Assembly (NCBI GenBank): GCA_012295275.1
Contig: CM022670.1
Span: forward strand, 19,220,001 to 19,284,000
Source: Chrysomallon squamiferum
Taxonomy: Eukaryota > Animalia > Mollusca
DNA length: 64,000 bases
Reading direction: 5' to 3'
In this document: piece by piece, positions 54,733-64,000 of the stretch
How the letters are laid out: each line of letters opens with the position of its first letter
Numbering within the stretch: the first letter of the stretch is position 1
Made by a program: the position numbers and the translations under genes
The notes under the pieces: generated by a model
What the model saw: the letters and a program-made list of their open reading frames with translations, nothing else
Database searches by the model: none
Told to the model about the DNA's origin: nothing

Positions 54733-55899
54733 CAGTTATTCAAGCACAAACTGATAGACATACATATTACATGACACATACACGACTGCCGTTTATTTAT
54801 GCTTTATATCACAAACATCAAACTTTAGCATTGTAGAATAAAATAAAAAATGTTTTCAAAAAATAATAAAAGATTCTTTAAATTTATTATTTAAAAACAG
54901 GACTACGTAAGTTGCTTTGCTTCTCAGTTCTGTAACATAATATGCTTTGATGGTCTTTTCTTTGCTGATTTTAAATGCATCTGCCTCACAGAAAACGTGA
55001 AATATGATCTTTTAAAGTTACAGAAAGGCTCAGTGTTGTTGCACAGTATAAATGTTGTCTTGCTTGGGTAAGCAATAATAACTCTCTGTATTACATAAAC
55101 ATGTGCATTAAACTGGTTTAATTCACATACTGATACTGATGTAATTACCTGGAAAATGTAGAACGCTATAATATTAAACTTTAAAAAACGAAAGAAAACC
55201 ATGCTTGATGATATCGATGTGGCCATTAAAAAATAGTGAAAAGAAATTATAAACTTCTGAAAGCCGGGTTTATGGTTGTTATGGTAACAATTCACAACCA
55301 TTTTACATGATAGTCATTTTTACGTTTAAAAAAAATTATATTTATATATACATATAAAGAAAGATAAAATGGCTCATGGGCAGATGCAGAATTTGAAAAT
55401 ACATCCAACTTTTTTAAAACTAACATTATAAATCCCACAACTCCACAAAAAAAAAAAAAAACTTTTGCACAAATGTTTAAAAAATATGTAGTCACCAAAA
55501 TTCCTTTACTAACATAAATAACACTAATAGTCTAATTTACCAGACGACAATGTCTCAAACATTAAAACAATAATCTTTCAAATTCTTAACATCTGTCCAA
55601 CCACTATTAAAGCCTTGCCACATGATGTTTAGGCATTTGTCTCCTGTTTGCTAATATCCATCTGTGAAGTCGATAAACACAGCAGCAGAGATCAAGAGAG
55701 AGAGATGCCGCAAGTTAATGAAAAAACAAACAAGTCTGGTGAATTCTCCATGCTGTCACTGGTCAAGCTGGTCTTAAAGGGACATTGCCTCATGCCTGTG
55801 GACTTAATAGGATTATGAACAGTCTTACTGTTGTTGGCTATCATCTTGGTAACAGTAGTTATATATCTATGTTGTCTTTCATTCAAGTTAAATAGTTTT

Positions 55900-56150
55900 A
55901 TGACTTTGTGTCTAAGTCATTATGGTGAAATTTTGGCTTTAATAAAATATTTTGCAAAAAAGATATTGGACAGACCAGTCATAGCTAATTTTTTGTTTTG
56001 ATAGTACCACCCATCTCAGTAACACAAACTTCACTTTCATGTGTCCATTACTGGGAACTGATCTTGTGACTTATCAGAATTCATCACTTTTTAATTTCAT
56101 TTTAAAATGCAACTGGCAATGAAGACCCAAAACATTAAGCTACATCAATA
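55900..56150 (-). mobile_element. Possible very decayed SINE copy, minus orientation
   Basis: acagaccagtcatagc...tttgatagtaccac...gtccattactgggaactgatcttgtgac...cattaagctacatc occur in the order expected for an inverted core plus tRNA head. The match is weak. Confidence 0.25.
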
Positions 56151-58323
56151 AAAATGTCAAGTGCTACACAATGTTTCTTCTTTTTTTTAAAGTGTTACAT
56201 AATGTTTTTTCTTTTTCATTATCTCAGCCATTCATGTTTAAAAACTTAATTAGAAATTCTGTACTATTATTATTTTTTTTTTTTAATTTAAATGAATTAT
56301 TAAATGTATAGCTAAAAACACTTCAAGGCACATAAAAATAAGGGCTATTAGATGTAAATCTCTATTATTACATAACAAAGTTAGCCCACTGCCAGTGGTT
56401 TATGGGCCACTGTCATTAATTAGGAGTGAAAAATCTTCTATATGAACAGAAAAGAAGATGCCATAGTTTTCACAAGCAATCCTGGGGCAACAGCAGAAAC
56501 AGGCAATAACCAAAGATGGATGTATATTAGGAATGTTGTGATGCCTCAAGCCAGTAATTACTGTATTTCTATGATCTGTTATAACTGATTTATCTCTAAC
56601 ACAATAATTCATGTTACAGGTGTAGTCATGTTTTACGAGGCATCAATTGCTTAATGTGCAGTCAGTGCTGTTTCTGAATAGAAGATAAATCAGAATTTAC
56701 AGCAACAAAAAGGTGTGAATATGTTTTCAGCTATTTCAGGTGGTTTCAACTTTAGAAAACAAATACGTGAGTGCATGCAAAGCACGAAGATAAGAGCACT
56801 TGTTTTATCTTACAAAAACTGCAGTAACATTCTATCAGCTTCCAAAAAAAAAATTTAAACAAATCAAAGAAAAACTCTTGAGTTGAATTAACATCATATA
56901 GTTTGCCATGTCGATTACAAGACAAAATCCACTGTCAGATTCGAGCCATCATGCTCGAATGTTTGTCACAAATATTTGCTCGGACACCGATCCACCATCC
57001 AAATGAGCTAACAGCTTTCATTTTTGTCGGCAGTGTCACCTGAATACCTGTCTCAAGGAAATTGTGGCACGTCCTCTTTCCACTGATGAACACTGCACCA
57101 CTTTAAAAGCTAACTATAGCACAATGTTGACCATCACATATGTATATGCCTGAATTTTGTTCTGGTCTCAAAAATAAATCCAGAGTCAAACCCTTGTATA
57201 AATAATAGGACAATAAAGAAGACATTCTATTGTAGAGACACTCAGAGTGAACCATACTTCACACTTCCACACCCAGTAAAGCAAATTCTAAACATCTTGT
57301 TAAACTGGATGTGATAAAATAACATTTTCCTATGTTTGTCTGTGTGTGAGAACACACACGCAGTTGCATTTTGGGGAGTTTCTTTTATTTGTTAATATAT
57401 ATTTTCTCATTGCTATTCCCAGCCCGTATTTGTTGAGATATAGCAGTATCAAATATTTTGACAAAACAAAGATGGTTACAAATTCAATTCCAATTTAGAT
57501 TATAGTTTTATTTTTGTGAAGATTTGAATGAAAGAATTAATAAATGCTTCATAACAGGCCTAAATTAATATTTAGGGGTAATTTTTTCAGATGTTCTAAC
57601 AAACATGGGTTTTAAACTCAGAGATAGGGGTTTTTAAATTTTTTTTACTGGCATTTCTAAGTTCTAATTCACAACTGCTATCAGATTGCAACATCACTGT
57701 GTTAATAGCCTAAAGAATTTGAGAATTAAAAAAAAAATGAGAAGAAAGTGAAAAAATAACTATAAACAAATCTGTTTGTAATCCTCATCTTTCAGCACAG
57801 AGGAATAAAATGTTGATATATTTAGCAGAAGAAATAGGTAAAGTGTGTTTATTACCCACTGTTTAATATCGAATGTCTTTGCTACATCTGTAAATAAAAT
57901 TACATAGCTTCCAGTTAGACAAACAGTTATGATGTTTTATACATATGTGCTGGGTAAATATTAGTGGTTTTTGTAATAGACATATGTTGAAAACATTTAT
58001 TATAATTCCTATATTTAGATAAAAATATAGGAATATTATTGATGATCTAAGATGATATTTTAAAAAAACACACAAAAAACAAATAAAAAAGCCTATATAT
58101 TTCTTCCTATTTATAATAATAATAATACTAATAATAATATTAATTGTTATTATTATTATTATTGTTATTATTATCATTATTAATGATACTATATATATAA
58201 TTTAAAAAAACAAAAGAAAAACAGACAACATATATAGAGAAGTTTTAAAAACCTGGAATAATTGAAGTAGCACTGTATATAAAATTATGAAATAATCTCC
58301 AACATAAAATGAAAATAAATAAA

Positions 58324-58364
<41 letters not shown>

Positions 58365-60202
58365 AAAAATAAATAAATAAAAATATAAATTTTAATAATA
58401 ACCTTTAAGCACTATACACTTATGTCTTAAAACACAATCCATTTATTTAACCACTTTTCTTATTTTATTTTAACACAGTTTTATTTTTTTGTTATCTCAG
58501 GAACACTGTGATCACTTCAAAGAGAAGACACTTAAAGACATATAAAAATATTCAAGTCAAACCCAAAGGAAAAGAGGTGTAAATACAGATGTCACGTGAG
58601 ACGACCATTATCTCTAACACAGTACAGCTATTATCAAATCGCCACACATACAAGTCTCTTAAATCAGAGTAGGGATGAAGAAATATGAGCTTCCAAGACA
58701 ACAATCGGAAAAACAACTGGATTAGTCACCTGTTTATCTCCACTGTCCTCTGAATGACCAACAAATTATGGCCATCTCTGATGATGGTGACATGTCAGTC
58801 AGTCTGATGACATGACTGTCACACTGTCGCAAGAAGAGGGATGATAGTGTTGCCTGTATTAAATCTTCAAAGGTATTCCACACATCACAAACACATTGGT
58901 GACTGACTGGAGTGTCTGTAGTTGTCAATTAATATGGGAACATGAGGAATGAGTAACATTTTTGTATCTTTCCAATAGATAGAGCAACAATTTGATAATA
59001 TTCCTTTTTGGATAATGTGTAGGGACGTATAAATCTTTAATCTGCTGCAAAAAATATTTCAGTAATAATTATGAAATATATGGACATTAAAAATTATTAT
59101 AATTTATAAATATTGTCTTGCATTTATTATTTTAATATTATATGACATTTTAAGGCAAAATTGAATAACTGTCTTCTTCTTTTTTTTTTTTTTTTTTTTA
59201 AAGATTTGTTTTAAAATAAAATTTATCATGATTAAAGTTTTCTATTGAAAAGCAAAAATACAAATAAAATATACTATCAGTTTGGCAATATCTACATAAT
59301 ACTTGTTGTTTAAAAATTAATCCACAAAATCTTTCAGAAGTACACCTAAATTTATGGAAAACCTGAGTAATGTACATTCTAACATATACTTGTATTTATA
59401 AACAAATCCAGTATCTGTTAACTTCAGCTTAAACATGCTGAAGCAGAAGACTACTGCTATTCTCTCTGCAGTGTTAGGTATCTAACACTAACCAATCACA
59501 GTATTTGATACAGGGAAATGCTTAGCATCATTAAAAATCTGGATATTCTAATTAGTAACTTGATATTTTTCACCTGTGCTTTTCACCTGTGCTTTCCACC
59601 TAAGAGGTAATGAAATGAACTAGGCTTTGATATACATATTTTATATCCACTGTTTGCAATAAATTAAGACTAAAATAGAATAGATTCAATGCATTTAAAT
59701 ATCTCTTCTCAGGCATATTTTTAACAAAAACATTAATAAACATCTTTTAACTTTTTTAAAATCTATTCTGACTCGTAATTCAATCATTATATATATTAAA
59801 AAAAAAATGAAAATGACTAATAATAATAATTAAAAAAAACAATTATAATAAATAAATAATGAATAAATAAATAAAAATAGTTTAGTAACAATAACAATAG
59901 TAATAATGATAATTAAAATGACAACTATGGACACAACAATAAAAAAAAATGTGAAGTCATAAAATGTCAATCAATTTTATGTTAAACTTTAAGTTGAAAT
60001 GACAAGTTGATTCCTGTACCAAATAATCAAATGAAATGTATGTCTAGTTTTAACCATGTTGTCAAGCAGCTAATCTTTATACTTTATACACTGTCTTAAA
60101 AAGATTTAGAGTTTTTTTAAACTGGATTAACAAAGACCACAATGATCTTTTAGAGGTGAAAGATGGGTCATATCTTCTAAACAACTGATCTCAGTAATTT
60201 TA

Positions 60203-60205
<3 letters not shown>

Positions 60206-60252
<47 letters not shown>

Positions 60253-60253
60253 A
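60206..60253. repeat. (CA)n microsatellite
   Basis: Direct reading. Confidence 0.97.
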
Positions 60254-60960
60254 CTTCTTCACAGATATTTAGCTGCTTGTTTACTTAGAGCAGCATGTAA
60301 TGTAATATCCAACATATATTTTTTTTAAATCCAACAATAAAAATCATTCTAAAAATCTGTTAAAACCAGAGAAGTCTATAATTTTCATCAAATTTCAGAA
60401 ATTTATTTAATGAATAACTGAAAAAAAGGATTTAATTCTCACAGGCCAATAATACTCATTCACATTGAGAAATCCTTTGATGTTGACTTTAATACTGGGT
60501 TTCAATGAACAAAACAGATCAAAGAATCCTGTAGTTTGGTAAGATAGGTTTTCTAACATTTATTAGATTGAGAACTTTTTTTTTTTTTACAGTGTAATAG
60601 CTTAAAATGTTTGACTTTTTTAAAATTGAATAATAAAGTCTTACTAGCACAGATGTGAGAAATGTGTTAGTAAAGCAGGTAATTTAAAATCTTCTGCAAA
60701 CTAAAAATTACACAAGTGTGATAAGAACAGAAAATTCAATATGCCTATTCTTTTTTTTTTTTTTTTCTGCCTGTGGAAATTCTGGGTGGTAAAAGTTGTT
60801 TGCAGGTTTTTAAATTTTTATAAAAGTATTAATCAATCACAAAAATTTCACGTATTTTTAAATCAGCTAAAGGAGATTTTGTTTCCTTTAAATATTATAC
60901 ACAAATCTCAATTCTGAAAATGTTTCTATAGAATATGTTATATATGTGTCTGAGTGTGCC

Positions 60961-60967
<7 letters not shown>

Positions 60968-61012
<45 letters not shown>
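60968..61012. repeat. (TG)n microsatellite
   Basis: Direct reading. Confidence 0.98.
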
Positions 61013-61014
<2 letters not shown>

Positions 61015-64000
61015 AGAAAGTGTTTGTAAAGATGACTGACTGATTGTGTGAATATGCATGTCTGGATATGTAACTTAGACTGAATATTTATCTACTGACT
61101 CTGAAACCTACAAACACCATCCATATCTCTTATTCACGTCAGATTATCAGTGTCAGCCAGGGCGTTAACATGAAGAGCACTCCAAATCAAACAGATTAAA
61201 ACAAAACTGACAGTTTTTTCTCAAATTCCTACAAGCTTATTGTCTTTCCTGTGAAGGACAAGCATTTTGATCATAACTAAAAGTGACCAGGTTTTGGCTG
61301 AGTGGTAACAACAACCCTGGCATGCCTAGTTTGTTTCTGTATGTCAGCAGACGTAAAGATTTCACTGAGCTTTTTTTGATTACTCATCATTTCAGATCCA
61401 GGTGGTGTTTATGGAAAGAAGAGATCTATGGCAATTATTGACGCTGACAACAACTGCTTGTCTCAAACTGTCAGAATTCCACAGAATCTTTTCAGTCTTC
61501 TAACAAAGGAAAAAATAAAGAGAAAACATCTTCTGATATCTGGACCAAACAGACCAAGAGAACTGCATTTCTGTAAACAAACTTCATGGCTTCTATTTTT
61601 TTTAAATATTTTTTTTACACTTTTTTTTCTTTTTATATTTTTTTTTCCTGGAGATTTTAATGTTTTTTTTTATTTGTTATTTTCTTCTTTTGTGTCTTAT
61701 TTTTTTTTACCTGTTACATTTGAAAAAAAAAAAAGGTTCTTGACCTGATTTCATTTTATTTTGTTTTGTTTGTTTACTGCCTTGTAAGTTAATCCGGAAG
61801 GATGTAATGTAATTATTTGAAGACATCAGCAAAAATATGTAGGTTAATCTTTGTAGGACCAGTGGAATGAAGTATCAATGGTGTCTTTGTACTTTTATTG
61901 TGTTGAAAATTATAATAATTTTTATTTTCTAGTACAACAAGGGTAATACCCAGAGAATGTAAAATTAATTAAAAATAAACAACTCTCTAAATTAGAATTC
62001 AAAATTCAGAGTTTTAAAAGTTAGGGATTAAATGTATAGAATGAATGAAAAATGTAACAGTTTTGAAACACACTGAAAACATTTTCTACTGTGTATTTGT
62101 TTATTTATTTAAAATTATTTAAAAAAAAAGTTAATTCCAACCACAAGAAGACTAATATTTTGTGAAAAATACTAAATGAACTTTAAAAATCAAATACAAA
62201 CATTAATGAGTAATTTTTTATGAGAAAGCATTAAATTCAGTATTAATTTTTAAAGTTTCAAATTTAAACTACTTTATAACTGACGTGTAATTTTCCACCA
62301 TTTTATTTCTTTGAATTATTAAAAGGGATTTATAACAACATGAGGCAATTTAACGTTGATTCTGATAAAAGAAAAATATAAGACAGCAGCTTTGAAAATT
62401 CTTACTTCTTGAGACAACAAAATGATGAATATGAAATGTAAAATCTTGCCCACTTTGATTGTTAAAAATAACTTGATTTTCTTCATTACTCTAACACCTT
62501 TCCTTAATCAATATAATTTCTTCACAAATTGGCTGAAATCATTTTCCACACACAAAATCTGAATTGCTCAACTGACCGAATCCATAGTGCGAATAATTTC
62601 ATTATTAGCTTGCTGGTGGTCAGGCTTAGGCTCATGACTGAATCTCAGAAAACTGCTAGAACTTAATTAATGCTCTTCAATTTAGTATTATTGTAATTAA
62701 TAGATGAAATTCCTTGTCCCAAGAGGGTCATGTTTTCTCCATCATTTCCTGTTGTGAGTTTTCAACTTGTGAAGAGTTATTTGATTTACTGTTTTTTCTG
62801 GTGATTTCTGAGAACATTAACTGAAGATTTATTGAAATGATACAATGATTTTATCGAAGATTTGTTTGTAATAACTGCTTAAAAGGTACACATATCTTTC
62901 ACTTTGGATAAATAGCTTGTATACATCATTCAATCAGATAGTTGAGTTAGAACTGAAAATATTGATAATACTTCATATTATTTGATTTTTAGAAAAGATG
63001 ACATAAATTTATGTACATCTCAAAATATAATTCTGATGTAATTGTGAGCTCTCTTGAAGCAATTAAATACACAATATTTTAAAATAGTATTATTTCTATA
63101 AAAAATATTACAATTTTTAAAAATAAATTATTATGGGTAGTAGAAAATATATTTAAAAAAAATGTTAAACAAAGAATTTTTCAGCAAGTGTTTTCCATTT
63201 TTATAATTTTATTTGTTAAAAATACTGTAGTATTAAATATATGCATAACACATAAAAAACAATGTTATAAATATACCAACTGTTAAATGCTTTCAAATTT
63301 AGTTTTAATATAATTTTTAAAAATTTTAATAATAATAAAAAATATTATTTAATCAAAATAAAAAAATCTTTAACTTTTTACAGTAATAGTAATAATATCA
63401 AGCTTATTTATCTATTCCAAATTTTTGTTGTCTGTCCAAAACTCAAATTAGTCATGGTTAATGAATCTATTGACAGAAGAATTCCAAATATGGCTGCCAT
63501 GTTCTTTCTACCAAATGGTCTGGGCAATAATAAAACACAAAGTTTACAAATAACAGATTTCTCTGTGGGCTTGTTACAATTCAGTTCACAAGAAAGAAAT
63601 GTATTGAGATTGTCAGATTTTGACTCCTGATTCCACACACACACAAATGATCTTTTGTGACATGTTACTGTGTGAAGTCTTTTTGATACATATATCAGCA
63701 TAATCTTCTTATTGGTAACATAAATCCAATACCGCTACTGTGAACCAGGTCTAACTTCTGCAAGGCTTGTATAAAACTATAAGTGTAAATCAGTTAAATT
63801 AATCTATGAGCATTTTTGCATTATGTGTCTTTTTGGGGCTTTTTTTTTAACCCATGACATAAGTATTTAATTTGAATTCTGTCAGTTTCAAAAAATAAAT
63901 AAACCACTGTGTGTGTCTGTGTGTGTGTGTGTGTGTGTGTGTAAATAACCACAAAATAATCCTACAGCTCTTAATATAAAAATTTAAACAGATTTTATTT

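Larger units (their letters stand above)
31784..64000 (-). other. Long intron (>32 kb, 5' end outside the window) upstream of exon A
   Basis: Exon A starts mid-domain at an acceptor, and I found no cadherin-like coding sequence between 31784 and the window end. Confidence 0.8.

Noticed and set aside
17902-59600. Short perfect tandem repeats (tgttccagaa x3 near 17902, tttggtacat x3 near 32410, ttttcacctgtgc x2 near 59567, 35-38 bp doublets at 327 and 44843)
   Set aside because: Ordinary slippage products with no sign of function.
8337-63701. Dozens of 60-125 aa ORFs in the track
   Set aside because: Mostly translations of poly(A/T), (CA)n, (AG)n and (AAT)n tracts; no domain motifs or transposase/RT signatures recognised.

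Overview
Very AT-rich, strongly CpG-depleted animal genomic DNA. An invertebrate is likely, probably a mollusc, judged only from composition and SINE-like remnants. The whole 64 kb lies inside one minus-strand gene, a Fat/FAT4-type giant cadherin. Five coding exons (31783-31588, 31039-30696, 27886-27685, 6835-6645, 6384-5463) have canonical AG/GT ends and mutually compatible phases. They join into 1855 nt of open frame encoding about six consecutive cadherin repeats, roughly the end of EC16 to EC22 by comparison with FAT4 from memory. The rest is intron, including >32 kb, 20.8 kb and >5.4 kb introns. The introns contain microsatellites, decayed tRNA-SINE copies and many old tandem duplications with units of about 120-180 bp. 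They also show a regular alternation of poly(A/T) spacers with 200-500 bp motif-dense islands. The most interesting items are a decayed duplicate of the exon-C acceptor (possible poison/truncating exon), a 103-nt CpG-retaining hairpin, an LDRE-to-LSRKRR change in one cadherin repeat, and a candidate recursive splice site or alternative terminal exon in the longest intron. All alignments and motif counts were made by eye. No prokaryotic-type system is present.
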